Origin: Candidatus Brocadiia bacterium
Lineage (GTDB): Bacteria; Planctomycetota; Brocadiia; CAIUPP01
Length of the DNA stretch: 64,000 nt
Direction: 5' to 3'
Assembly (NCBI GenBank): GCA_050015075.1
Contig: JBEKCB010000017.1
Span: forward strand, 34,498-98,497
The notes under the pieces were generated by a model. The model ran no database searches, was not told where the DNA came from, and saw nothing but the letters and a program-made list of their open reading frames with translations. Position 1 is the first letter of the stretch; each line of letters begins with the position of its first letter. Position numbers and translations under genes: made by a program. Below, piece by piece: positions 28,711 to 38,394 of the stretch.

Positions 28711-31700
28711 TGCTTTTCCTCCTCGACCGGCTTCGTCTCGTCGCCCGGCTTCGGCGCCGCGTGTTTGGCGCCGCGCGCTCTCTCGACGATGTAGAACATG
28801 ACGGGAATGAGGAAGACGGCGATGAAGCTCGCGGCGAGCGTGCCGCCGACGATGCAACTGCCCATGACGCGCCGGGCTACGGCGCCGGCGCCGTGGGCGA
28901 AGGCCAGCGGCAGACAGCCGAGCAGGAATGCGAAGCTCGTCATCAGGATCGGCCGCAACCGCAGCCGGGCGCCCTCGAGCGCGGACTCGGTGAGTGACTG
29001 GCCGTGCTCGTAGCGCGTCCTGGAGAACTCGACGATCAGGATCGCGTTCTTGGCGCTGAGGCCGATGAGCATGATCAGCCCGATCTGCGCGAAGACGTTG
29101 TTCTCCATCTGCCGCGTCCACAGCAGCGCGTACGCGCCGAACACCGCGATCGGCGTGCAGAGCAGCACGCTGAACGGCAGGGACCAGCTCTCGTACAGCG
29201 CCGCGAGGATCAGAAAGACGAAGATCACCGAGAGCGCGAAGACCGCCGCCGGCGGCACGCCTTTCCGGGCTGCGTTCTCCTGGAACGACATGTCGCGATA
29301 GGCATACCCCATCTCGCGCGGCATGGTCTGGGCGAAGACCTGTTCGAGCGCCTCCATCGCCTGCACGCTGCTGTAGCCGGGCGCGGCGGCGGTGTTGATC
29401 TGCGCGCTGCGGTAGAGGTTGTAGCGCATGATGAACTCCGGCCCGAGGCGCGACTCGACGGTCGTCAGCGCGCTGAGCGGCACCGCGGCTCCCGCGCGGT
29501 TCCGCACGTAGAACCGATCGAGGTCCTCGGCGCGGGTGCGATACTCGCCCTCGGCCTCCACATACACCTGCCACTGCCGCCCGAAACGGTTGAAATAGTT
29601 CACGAACAGCCCGCCCATGTACGTCTGGAGCGTGCGGTAGACGTCGTTGATCGCCACGCCTTGTTTGAGGACCTTGTCGCGGTCCACCTTCACGTACTTC
29701 TGCGGCACGGACGGGAGGAACGTCGTGGTCGGCTTGGTCAGTTCGGGGCGCTTGCCCGCGGCCTCCATGAACGTCTTCAGGTTCCGGTCGAGGAAAGAGA
29801 TGTCGCCGCCGGAAAGGTCCATGAGGATGAAGGTGACGCCGCCGGCGGTGCCGATGCCCTGGATTGCCGGCGGCGGAAAGGCAAACGCGTTGCCTTCCGG
29901 CACTTTACTCAGCTCGCGGCTCAGGTGCGCCTTGATGGCCGTGTATTGTTCCTCGGGCTTCGTCCGCTCGTCCCAGGGCTTCAGCGTCACGAAAAAGAAT
30001 CCGCTGTACGTGTTCTGCACGGTGCTGAGCAGGCTGAAGCCGATGACGGTCGTGTAGCTCTCCACGCCGGGCGTGTTCTTGAGGACCTCCTCGACTTTCC
30101 GGCACGCCTGGTCGGTCCGCTGCAGGGAGGCGGCGTTGGGCAGTTGAAGGCCGACGAAGACATATCCCTGGTCCTCCTCGGGCAGGAAACTGCTCGGCAG
30201 ATGCCGCCCGAATAACACCGCCGCCACGGCGAACGCGGCGAGGAGCACCACGCCGAACGCGCTCTTGCCGATGAGCCGCCGGCACGTGCCGACGTATCCA
30301 TCCCGCGCGCGGCCGAAGAACTTGTCGAACCCGCGGTAGAACCCGCCCAGCGGGCCGCGCGCCGCGCCTTTCGGCTTGAGCAGCAGCGCGGCGAGCGCCG
30401 GACTGAGCGTCAGCGCGTTGAACGCCGAGAAGATCACCGAGATGGCGATGGTCAGCGCGAACTGCTGATACAGCCGGCCCGTGATGCCGGGAATGAACGC
30501 CGTCGGGACGAACACCGCCGAGAGGATGATCGCGATGGCGATGACCGGGCTGGAGACCTCCTCCATCGCCTTCAGCGCCGCTTCGCGCGGCGCCTGGCCT
30601 TCCTCGATGTGGCGCTCCACGCACTCGACCACCACGATCGCGTCGTCCACCACCAGCCCGATCGCCAGGATCAGCCCGAACAGCGAGAGGGTGTTGACGG
30701 AGAACCCGAAGACCGGGAAGAGGATGAAGGCGCCGATGAGCGACACCGGCACCGCCAGCATCGGGATCAGCGTTGCGCGCCAGCCCTGCAGGAAGATGAA
30801 CACCACCAGGATGACCAGGAGCAGCGCCTCCCAGAGCGTGGTGAAGATCTCGTGCATGCCCGCGGAGACGGCGCGGGTGGTGTCGAGTGAGACCGTATAT
30901 TCGAGGTCGGCGGGAAAGTGCGGTTTGAGTTCAGCCAGCTTGGCCTTGACGGCTGCGGCGGCCTCGAGGGCGTTCGAGCCGGGAAGCTGATAGAGCGCCA
31001 GGACCGCGGCGGGTTTTCCGTTCAAGCGCCCCGACAGGTTGTAGGTCTGCACGCCGAGTTCGATGCGCGCCACGTCCTTCACCCGCACCATGGAGCCGTC
31101 AGGATTGGCGCGCAGCACGATCTCGCCGAACTCCTCCGCCGTCAGCAGCCGTCCCTGCGCGAGGACGGTGTACGTGAACTCCTGTCCCGGCGGCGCCGGC
31201 TCCGCGCCGATCTGGCCGGCGGGGTTCACGGTATTCTGCGCCTGCAACGCCTGGACGACGTCCGAGACGGTCAGATTGAGCTTGGCGAGCTGGTCGGGTT
31301 TCACCCACAGCCGCATGGCATACTGGCCCGCGCCGAAGACGTTCACCTGCGCGATGCCCGGGATGCGCACGAGCTGGTCAATGAGATTGATATAGGCGTA
31401 GTTCGCCAGGAAATTGTTGTCGTAGGTGCCCTTCGGAGAATTGAGCGCAATGAGCATCATCGGCGAGGTGCGGGATTTCTGCACGGTCAGGCCGAGGTTG
31501 ACGACGTCGGCGGGCAGTTGAGAGTTCGCCTGCGTCTGGCGCAACACCGTCAGAACCAGGTCGTCGTTCGGTTTCGTCTTGACGTCGAAGTTCACAATCT
31601 CGCGCAGCGTGCCGTTGCTGGCGTTGATGGAGTACATGTAGTTCATGTTGTCCACGCCGGACAATTGCTGCTCGAGGGGCGTGGCGACGGACTGCTCCAT

Positions 31701-31868
31701 GGTGATGGCGTCGGCGCCGGTGTACGTTGCCTGGATGGTGACTTCCGGCGGCACGATGTCCGGGAACTGCGCGACGGGCAGCGAGACGAGGGCGATGAGG
31801 CCGCAGATCACCATGACGATGGCGATCACCATCGAGACGATGGGACGGTTGATGAAGAATTTAGACAT
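28707..31868 (-). CDS. RND efflux permease (AcrB/HAE1)
   Basis: MSKFFINRPI, GLVVDDAIVVVE, AKNAILIVEF, RLRPILMTS. Confidence 0.95.
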   Translation of the reverse strand: MSKFFINRPIVSMVIAIVMVICGLIALVSLPVAQFPDIVPPEVTIQATYTGADAITMEQSVATPLEQQLSGVDNMNYMYSINASNGTLREIVNFDVKTKPNDDLVLTVLRQTQANSQLPADVVNLGLTVQKSRTSPMMLIALNSPKGTYDNNFLANYAYINLIDQLVRIPGIAQVNVFGAGQYAMRLWVKPDQLAKLNLTVSDVVQALQAQNTVNPAGQIGAEPAPPGQEFTYTVLAQGRLLTAEEFGEIVLRANPDGSMVRVKDVARIELGVQTYNLSGRLNGKPAAVLALYQLPGSNALEAAAAVKAKLAELKPHFPADLEYTVSLDTTRAVSAGMHEIFTTLWEALLLVILVVFIFLQGWRATLIPMLAVPVSLIGAFILFPVFGFSVNTLSLFGLILAIGLVVDDAIVVVECVERHIEEGQAPREAALKAMEEVSSPVIAIAIILSAVFVPTAFIPGITGRLYQQFALTIAISVIFSAFNALTLSPALAALLLKPKGAARGPLGGFYRGFDKFFGRARDGYVGTCRRLIGKSAFGVVLLAAFAVAAVLFGRHLPSSFLPEEDQGYVFVGLQLPNAASLQRTDQACRKVEEVLKNTPGVESYTTVIGFSLLSTVQNTYSGFFFVTLKPWDERTKPEEQYTAIKAHLSRELSKVPEGNAFAFPPPAIQGIGTAGGVTFILMDLSGGDISFLDRNLKTFMEAAGKRPELTKPTTTFLPSVPQKYVKVDRDKVLKQGVAINDVYRTLQTYMGGLFVNYFNRFGRQWQVYVEAEGEYRTRAEDLDRFYVRNRAGAAVPLSALTTVESRLGPEFIMRYNLYRSAQINTAAAPGYSSVQAMEALEQVFAQTMPREMGYAYRDMSFQENAARKGVPPAAVFALSVIFVFLILAALYESWSLPFSVLLCTPIAVFGAYALLWTRQMENNVFAQIGLIMLIGLSAKNAILIVEFSRTRYEHGQSLTESALEGARLRLRPILMTSFAFLLGCLPLAFAHGAGAVARRVMGSCIVGGTLAASFIAVFLIPVMFYIVERARGAKHAAPKPGDETKPVEEEKQ

Positions 31869-31922
31869 GCGCAGGAATCACCTTAATGCTGATCCACGAA
31901 TGTCGCGTACGGCGAGAGATCT

Positions 31923-33038
31923 TTACGGCGCTGTTGCGGCGGCCGCAGGCGCGGCGGGCTCGTACGGCTTGGCGTTCACCGCGTGGCCTTCGCCCACTTT
32001 CTGCAAGCCCTCGACGACGACGCGCTCTCCGGGCTTCAATCCCTTCTCGACGACCCACATTGTGCCGATCCGCGCGCCGACGGTGACGTCCCGGAAGCTC
32101 GCTTTGTCGTCCTCGCCGATGACGACGACCTGACGTTTCCCTTGAAGCTCTATGACCGCGCGCTGCGGCACCAGCAGGGCGGCGGTCGCCGTTCGAGTGA
32201 TCGCGCGCACCCGCGCGAACTGGCCGGGGCGCAGCACGTCGCCCGGGTTCGGGAACAGCGCCACGACCTGAAGCGTGCCGGTCTGCGCGTCCACCTGGCG
32301 GCCGGTGATATACAGCCGGCCCGGCTGCGGGAAAACCGATCCGTCGGCCAGGATCAGTTGCAGGTTCCGCGGGGCCGAGGCGTCGTCCGCGTCCGCCTGG
32401 TTGGCATACGCGGCGGGAGAACTCAGGTATTCCTGCTCGCTGACTTGGAAGTAAGCTTTGATCGGGTCCACCGTCGAGACGGTCGTCAGCGGGCCGCTGG
32501 CCGGCCCGACCAAGTCGCCGATCTGGGCGGTGGCGATTCCGGCGATGCCGTCCACGGGAGAAGTGATCCGGGTGAATTCAAGGTTCAAGCGCGCCGCGTC
32601 GGCTGCCGCCTTGGCGGCGAGGTTCGCCTGCGTCGCGTCATCGAGTTCCTCGCGGCTGACGGCGTTCTCTTTCGCCAGCGGCGTCAGGCGCTTCACATCC
32701 AGATCCGTCTTGCCCAATTGCGCCAGCGCCTGGTCGAGCACCGCTTGAAACGGCCGCGGGTCAATCTCGAAGAGCAGGTCGCCTTTCTTGACCTTCGAGC
32801 CTTCGCGATAGCCCTGGCGCAGCAGGTAGCCCGGGACCTGCGCGCGGATCGTCGCATTCACGAAGCCGTCCAGCACGCCGGTCCACTCGCTGTGGATCGC
32901 GATATCCTGCTGCGTCACCGGCGCCACCAGCACGTCCGGCGGAGGAGGCTCCGCGACGGGCTTCTTGCTGCATCCGATGGTGAGCATGAGAGTTGCGGCC
33001 AGGCTGGCAAGAATCGGCAGAGCGCGCATCGTCCTCAT
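31923..33038 (-). CDS. RND membrane fusion protein
   Basis: Lipobox IGC, IRAQVPGYL, LFEIDPRPF, ITSPVDG, LRPGQFARV. Confidence 0.92.
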   Translation of the reverse strand: MRTMRALPILASLAATLMLTIGCSKKPVAEPPPPDVLVAPVTQQDIAIHSEWTGVLDGFVNATIRAQVPGYLLRQGYREGSKVKKGDLLFEIDPRPFQAVLDQALAQLGKTDLDVKRLTPLAKENAVSREELDDATQANLAAKAAADAARLNLEFTRITSPVDGIAGIATAQIGDLVGPASGPLTTVSTVDPIKAYFQVSEQEYLSSPAAYANQADADDASAPRNLQLILADGSVFPQPGRLYITGRQVDAQTGTLQVVALFPNPGDVLRPGQFARVRAITRTATAALLVPQRAVIELQGKRQVVVIGEDDKASFRDVTVGARIGTMWVVEKGLKPGERVVVEGLQKVGEGHAVNAKPYEPAAPAAAATAP

Positions 33039-33277
33039 TTTCACTGGCTCTTTTCCCTCAAACGCATAACGCCCCATGGACATAGTATAGCAGTCAATTG
33101 TATAGGTGTAAAGAGACCTTCCACGACCGGCTGATGCCCTGTATGTTACCGGCGGGCGCATCGCGAGTCAACCGCACCCGCGCCGCTCGGTCTTGACAGC
33201 GGGCGCTGTCACGACTATCGTCGAGGTTGGGGATTTCTTGAATGGGAGCGCAAGGAAGAGCGAAAGGGGACATTCCA

Positions 33278-34384
33278 ATGGCGACGATGAAGGCCGTTCG
33301 AGTCTATGCGTATGGCGGACCGGAAGTGCTGAAGTACGAGGACGCGCCGCGCCCGAAACCGGGACCGGGCGAACTGCTGATTCGAGTCCATGCCGCCGGC
33401 GTGAACCCGGTGGACTGGAAAGTCCGCGAGGGCTACCTCAAGGACGTTTTCAAATACTCGATGCCTTACACTCCCGGTTGGGACGTTTCGGGTGTCGTGG
33501 AGGCCGCGGGCGCCGGCGCCGTGCGTTTCAAAAAGGGCGATGAGGTCTTCAGCTTCCCCGATCATCCCCGATACGGCGCGTATGCCGAATACATGGCGGT
33601 GAAGGAAACGGAACTCGCGCCGAAGCCGAAAACGCTTGACCACGCTCACGCCGCGGCGGTCCCGGCCGCGTCATTGACGGCCTGGCAGGCTCTGTTCGGC
33701 GCCGGCGGACTTCGCGCGGGGCAAAAGGTGTTGATCCACGGCGCCGCGGGCGGAGTCGGCGGGTTCGCCGTGCAGCTGGCGAAGTGGAAGGGCGCGCACG
33801 TCATCGGGACGGCCTCGGCGCGCAATCAAGACTTCCTGCGGCAACTCGGCGCCGACGAGGCGATAGATTACGCTGCGGCGAAATTCGAGGAGATCGTCCG
33901 GGACGTGGACGTGGTGTTCGACACGATCGGAGGCGAGACCCAGGCGCGGTCATGGCAGACGCTCAAGAAGGGCGGCATGCTGGTTTCGACCGTCAGCCCG
34001 CCTCCGGCGGAGGAAGCCGCGCGGCGCGGCGTGCGCCAGGGCATGATCATGGTGCAGCCGAACGCGGCCCAGTTGGCGGAGATCGCCGGACTGATTGATT
34101 CAGGGAAGGTCAAGGTCTTCGTCGAGACGGTTCTGCCGCTGTCGGAAGCGCGTCGCGCGCAGGAGATGAGCCAGACCGGCCACACGCGCGGCAAAATCGT
34201 CCTGCGAGTCGTTTCGCAAGGCTTCTACTACGATGGCGCGATCTTTCACCACGACGACACAACGGGCACGACGGAACCGTCGTTACAGCAATCCATTCTG
34301 TTGGCGTTCGTCGTAATGCGTTCGTCGTGGTCGTCGTGTTGTTGTGGTGAAAACTCGTTTCGTCGCGGTTTAACATTTGTGTAG
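33278..34384 (+). CDS. NADPH quinone-oxidoreductase-like MDR enzyme, C-terminally extended through a repeat
   Basis: GVNPVDWK, PGWDVSG, HGAAGGVG, GKIVL; the frame continues about 57 codons past the usual end. Confidence 0.88.
   Translation: MATMKAVRVYAYGGPEVLKYEDAPRPKPGPGELLIRVHAAGVNPVDWKVREGYLKDVFKYSMPYTPGWDVSGVVEAAGAGAVRFKKGDEVFSFPDHPRYGAYAEYMAVKETELAPKPKTLDHAHAAAVPAASLTAWQALFGAGGLRAGQKVLIHGAAGGVGGFAVQLAKWKGAHVIGTASARNQDFLRQLGADEAIDYAAAKFEEIVRDVDVVFDTIGGETQARSWQTLKKGGMLVSTVSPPPAEEAARRGVRQGMIMVQPNAAQLAEIAGLIDSGKVKVFVETVLPLSEARRAQEMSQTGHTRGKIVLRVVSQGFYYDGAIFHHDDTTGTTEPSLQQSILLAFVVMRSSWSSCCCGENSFRRGLTFV
34244..34352. repeat. Palindromic REP-like element inside the 3' end of the MDR ORF
   Basis: tttcaccacgacgacacaacg ... 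cgtcgtgttgttgtggtgaaa. Confidence 0.7.
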
Positions 34385-34404
34385 AAACTCGAAAGGAGGC
34401 GGCA

Positions 34405-35358
34405 ATGGATCGGCGCAAGTTGGGAAATTCCGGGATCGAGGTCGCTCCGCTGGCGTTGGGAGGCAACGTTTTCGGGTGGACCGTGGACGAGCCGATGGGG
34501 TTCAAAATACTGGACGCGTTCGTGGCGGCCGGGTTCAACTTGATTGACACCGCGGATATTTACTCGAAGTGGGTCTCCGGCAACAAGGGCGGCGAGTCCG
34601 AAACGATGATCGGCAACTGGCTGAAACGAGGCGGAAAGCGCAAGAAGATCATCCTCGCCACCAAGGTCGGAAGCGAAATGGGACCGAAGAAAAAAGGCCT
34701 CTCGAAGGCCTATATTCTGCGCGCGGTGGAGGAGTCGCTGCGGCGGCTGCAAACCGACTACATTGACCTGTATCAGTCGCACCTGGACGATGCGAAGACG
34801 CCGCTGGAGGAAACTCTCGAGGCCTACGCGCAGTTGGTGAAGGAAGGGAAAGTGCGGGCGATCGGCGCATCCAACTACGGCGCGGAGCGGCTGGCCGAGG
34901 CGCTGGAGGTCAGCCGGCGGCAGGGCTATCCCAGCTATCAGAGCCTTCAGCCGCTCTACAACCTCTATGACCGCGCAGAGTACGAGGCGAAGCTCGAGCC
35001 GCTATGCCGGGCTGAGGGATTGGGCGTAATCACTTATTTCTCGCTGGCCAGCGGATTTCTCACGGGAAAGTACAGGTCGAAAAAGGACCTGGCGCAGCGC
35101 GCGCGCGGCGATCGCGTCAAGGGTTATCTGAATGACCGGGGATTGAAAATCCTTCGAGCCCTGGATCAAGTGGCGAAGGAAAACAAGTCCGCTCCCGCCA
35201 CCGTCGCTCTGGCCTGGCTGATGGCGCGTCCCGGCATCACCGCGCCGATCGCCAGTGCGACAGACCTGAAGCAGTTGAACGACTTGATTGCAGCGGCGAG
35301 TCTTAAGCTGGATCGCGCGTCCATTGACGCGTTGAATCAGGCGAGCGAGGCGCGGTGA
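34405..35358 (+). CDS. Aldo/keto reductase
   Basis: IDTADIY, ATK, SLRRLQTDYIDLYQSH, GKVRAIGASN. Confidence 0.93.
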   Translation: MDRRKLGNSGIEVAPLALGGNVFGWTVDEPMGFKILDAFVAAGFNLIDTADIYSKWVSGNKGGESETMIGNWLKRGGKRKKIILATKVGSEMGPKKKGLSKAYILRAVEESLRRLQTDYIDLYQSHLDDAKTPLEETLEAYAQLVKEGKVRAIGASNYGAERLAEALEVSRRQGYPSYQSLQPLYNLYDRAEYEAKLEPLCRAEGLGVITYFSLASGFLTGKYRSKKDLAQRARGDRVKGYLNDRGLKILRALDQVAKENKSAPATVALAWLMARPGITAPIASATDLKQLNDLIAAASLKLDRASIDALNQASEAR

Positions 35359-35370
35359 TTCAAGACGAAG

Positions 35371-35402
35371 CCGCGGAGGCACGAAGAATCGTGCCTCCGC
35401 GG
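35371..35402. terminator. Bidirectional hairpin between convergent genes
   Basis: Perfect 14-bp stem CCGCGGAGGCACGA/TCGTGCCTCCGCGG. Confidence 0.65.
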
Positions 35403-35424
35403 TGAAGACGCACTCATTGTTGCG

Positions 35425-36672
35425 TTATGACGCCTGCGCTACCGGATGCTGCGAACGGCTTCGGCCGCCGCGATGTGAGCGGCCGCCGCGCGAACGGCGG
35501 CGCTTCTGGCCCTCGGCGGGCGCGGAAGCTTGCGCCGGCTCCTCGGGCGCGGAGGAGCCTATGTGCGTCAGCGGCAGCTTCGTCGAAATCAGCTTCTCGA
35601 GCTGGCTCAGGCAGAGGCGGTCGGTGTGCGTGACGAAGCTCGTCGCCATGCCCTTGGCCGCCACGCGCGCGGTGCGGCCGATGCGATGGATGTAGTCCTC
35701 GGCGGAGCCGGGGAAATCGTAATTGATGACGTGCTCGATGTCGGCCACGTCAATCCCGCGGGCGGCGATGTCGGTCGCGATGAGGATGCGGTACTGCCCG
35801 TTGCGGAAGCCGGCCATGGCGGCATCGCGCTGGACCTGTTCGCGGTCCCCGTGCAGCCGCGCGACATTGTGCCGGCGGGCCGAGACGGTGCGCGCCAGGC
35901 GCTCGACCTTGCGCTTGGTCCGCGCGAACACCAGCACGCGCCCCTCGCTCCGCGCCAGCAGGTCCAGCAGCAGCGGCATCTTATCCGGCTCCTGGACGTG
36001 ATAAAGTTTCTGCTCCGCGCGCGCGGGCGGCGCCGTGAGGCCGATCTGGATGCGCACCGGCGATTGCATGTTCCGGCGCACAAGTTTCTCCACCTCGGGC
36101 GGCATCGTCGCGGTGAACATCAGCGTCTGGCGCTTCTTCGGCAGGACCTCCATGATGGAGTTGATCTGCGGGATGAAGCCCATGTCGTACATCCGGTCCG
36201 CCTCGTCCACGGTGAAAATCTCGATGTCCGAGAGCACGATCGTGCGCGAATGGATGTGGTCAATGAGGCGGCCCGGCGTGGCGACGAGGACGTTGGGCCA
36301 GGCCTGGAGCGCCTTGTAGTCTTCCTTGATGGGGATTCCGCCGACCACGACGGCCACGCGGACGCCGGTGGACTTGCCGAGCTGCCGGAGCGCGACGGCG
36401 ATCTGTTGCGCCAGCTCGCGCGTGGGCGCCAGGATCAGCGCACCCATCTCCACTTTGCCCGCCGTGCGTTGGATGATCGGCAGACCGTACGCCGCCGTCT
36501 TGCCCGTGCCGGTCTGGGCCAGTCCGATGACGTCCTTGCCTTCGAGCAATGGCGGAATGCATTGGGCCTGGATGGGAGTCGGTTGCTGATAGCCCAGTTC
36601 AGCAACGTCCTTGAGGATACTCGGCAGCAGACCGTAATCCGAAAAAGACTTCACCTCTGATTCCGACTTCAA
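35425..36672 (-). CDS. DEAD-box RNA helicase (RhlE-like)
   Basis: PTPIQ, AQTGTGKT, PTRELA, TPGRL, DEAD, TAT, ARGID, HRIGRTAR; probable TTG start after GAGGT. Confidence 0.93.
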   Translation of the reverse strand: MKSESEVKSFSDYGLLPSILKDVAELGYQQPTPIQAQCIPPLLEGKDVIGLAQTGTGKTAAYGLPIIQRTAGKVEMGALILAPTRELAQQIAVALRQLGKSTGVRVAVVVGGIPIKEDYKALQAWPNVLVATPGRLIDHIHSRTIVLSDIEIFTVDEADRMYDMGFIPQINSIMEVLPKKRQTLMFTATMPPEVEKLVRRNMQSPVRIQIGLTAPPARAEQKLYHVQEPDKMPLLLDLLARSEGRVLVFARTKRKVERLARTVSARRHNVARLHGDREQVQRDAAMAGFRNGQYRILIATDIAARGIDVADIEHVINYDFPGSAEDYIHRIGRTARVAAKGMATSFVTHTDRLCLSQLEKLISTKLPLTHIGSSAPEEPAQASAPAEGQKRRRSRGGRSHRGGRSRSQHPVAQAS

Positions 36673-37022
36673 AAAACACCTCACTTGCGAAAGCGCCTAA
36701 ACGATTCGTGCACCGTACTCGGCGCACTCCGTCGGGCGTAGATTGCCGCGCCGGCGCTCCCACACGGGAGGTTCAACCGGGACGGCGTACCAGGGCAGGC
36801 GCATCCGCGCCACACTCCCTGCTTGCGCCCGGCTGTTCGTTTTTTGTTGCGGGCGCCTTGCAGTGAAGGCCCAACTGGCTGAAAGGACTCCGGCCGGCAA
36901 AGGATTCGCACAAAACGAACCGGCCGAAGCAGTTGACGGGTGGAAAGGACTTGCAGGAAACTGTCCGGAGCCGCCCCGGCTCCTGCCAATCGCGTTGCCA
37001 ACCGATGCTTCACTTTCAAACT

Positions 37023-37051
37023 ATGATACCACAAAGTGGCCGGGAGAGCAA
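37023..37051 (-). promoter_or_regulatory. Sigma70 promoter for the helicase
   Basis: TTGCTC-N17-TATCAT with extended TG. Confidence 0.5.
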
Positions 37052-37100
37052 ATGTAAGAACGATAATCGTTTCCCGGGCCCTGGGGGACGAGTTCGAGCT

Positions 37101-37168
37101 TGACATTGCGCGCCGAATGGCTATATAAGGTTTGCAGATATGTAGATATCTTGGAATATTTTCAAGAT
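37101..37168 (+). promoter_or_regulatory. arsR promoter and palindromic operator
   Basis: TTGACA at 37101 with an AT-rich -10; ATCTTGgAA-tat-TTtCAAGAT at 37148-37168. Confidence 0.6.
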
Positions 37169-37192
37169 TTCAGCGAAGCGGCGGGATGAACT

Positions 37193-37531
37193 ATGGCCAA
37201 GTGCAGCGGACCTCACGCGTGCGCCCGAGTGATGGGCGTCCTGGCGGATGAGACGCGGTTGAAGATCGTGCGCGGGCTGTTCGCGGGCGGCACGTGCGTC
37301 GCGGCGCTGGCGAAGCGCGTCGGGCTGCCCGGGACCCGGATTTCGCATCACCTGGCGATCCTTCGCGCCGCCGGCATTGTCGAAGGCGAGCGCGACGGCC
37401 AGCGGGTGATCTATCGGCTCAGCCGCGAGTTTCACAGCAGCCCCAGGTCGCAGACCCTCGACTTCGGCTGCTGCCTTATTCGATTTCTTCCGCTGGAAGA
37501 CGACGCTTGCGAGGCCAAAGCTGAAACATGA
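37193..37531 (+). CDS. ArsR/SmtB family regulator
   Basis: LADETRLKIV, CVAALA, SHHLAILR, vicinal CC near the C-terminus. Confidence 0.88.
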   Translation: MAKCSGPHACARVMGVLADETRLKIVRGLFAGGTCVAALAKRVGLPGTRISHHLAILRAAGIVEGERDGQRVIYRLSREFHSSPRSQTLDFGCCLIRFLPLEDDACEAKAET

Positions 37532-38394
37532 TCAAGTATAACTCGCTGGCGCGCGAGTGCGCGGGAGAAGTGGTCGGGACGTTCATCCTGGTGTTCTTCG
37601 GCGTCGGCTCCGTGCACGTGGCGGTGCTGACCGGCGCGCTGACAGGACTCTGGCAGGTCGCGATCGTGTGGGGACTCGGAATCTCGCTGGCTATCTATGC
37701 GCTCGGGAGCGTCAGCGGCGCGCACATGAACCCGGCCATGACGGCCGCGTTCGCGACGTACCGCGACTTCCCGCTCAAGAAAATTCCCGCTTACGTCCTG
37801 GCGCAGTTGACCGGCGCGGTGGCGGCGGCCGCGATGCTTTACGGGCTCTTCCACGGCCTGATCCTCCGGTTCGAGCAACTGAACTCCATCGTGCGCGGCC
37901 AATCCGGCAGCGAACTGTCCGCCATGATCTACGGCAATTATTTTCCGAACCCGGTGATCGTCGGCGTCAACGCCGGCGCGCTCGCGTGCGTCTCGCAAGG
38001 GCAGGCGATGCTGGCGGAAGGCCTCGGCACGGCCTTCCTCGCCTTCTTCGTCTTCGCGATGACGCACGAGCACGAAGGCGAAAAGCCCGCCAAGATCCTT
38101 TTCGGCCTGATGATCGGCCTGACGGTCTCGATCATCATCTGCGTCGTCGCGCCGCTGACGGGGGCCGGGCTGAATCCGGCGCGCGACTTCGGCCCGCGGC
38201 TGTTCGCGTGGGCGGCCGGCTGGGGATCGGTGGCAATTCCCGGTCCGCGCGGCGGATTCTTCACGGTTTACATCCTCTCGCCCATCCTGGGCAGCCTGGC
38301 CGGCGCGGGCGTGTTCCAATTGTTGATCCGCCCGCGCGCCGCCGCGGCGCAGCAACCCAGCCGCGCGGTTGCGCGCGAAGGAGAGGCGCTGTGA
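37528..38394 (+). CDS. Aquaglyceroporin (MIP family)
   Basis: SGAHMNPA and LNPARDFGPR (the NPARD glyceroporin signature). Confidence 0.92.
   Translation: MIKYNSLARECAGEVVGTFILVFFGVGSVHVAVLTGALTGLWQVAIVWGLGISLAIYALGSVSGAHMNPAMTAAFATYRDFPLKKIPAYVLAQLTGAVAAAAMLYGLFHGLILRFEQLNSIVRGQSGSELSAMIYGNYFPNPVIVGVNAGALACVSQGQAMLAEGLGTAFLAFFVFAMTHEHEGEKPAKILFGLMIGLTVSIIICVVAPLTGAGLNPARDFGPRLFAWAAGWGSVAIPGPRGGFFTVYILSPILGSLAGAGVFQLLIRPRAAAAQQPSRAVAREGEAL

Noticed and set aside
27262-29574. 770-aa ORF as listed in the track (likewise 37557..39500, 16273..16905, 40960..42282, 53856..55127)
   Set aside because: N-terminal extensions are off-frame overlaps with the preceding genes; real starts are 28710, 38391, 16429, 41152 and 54314.
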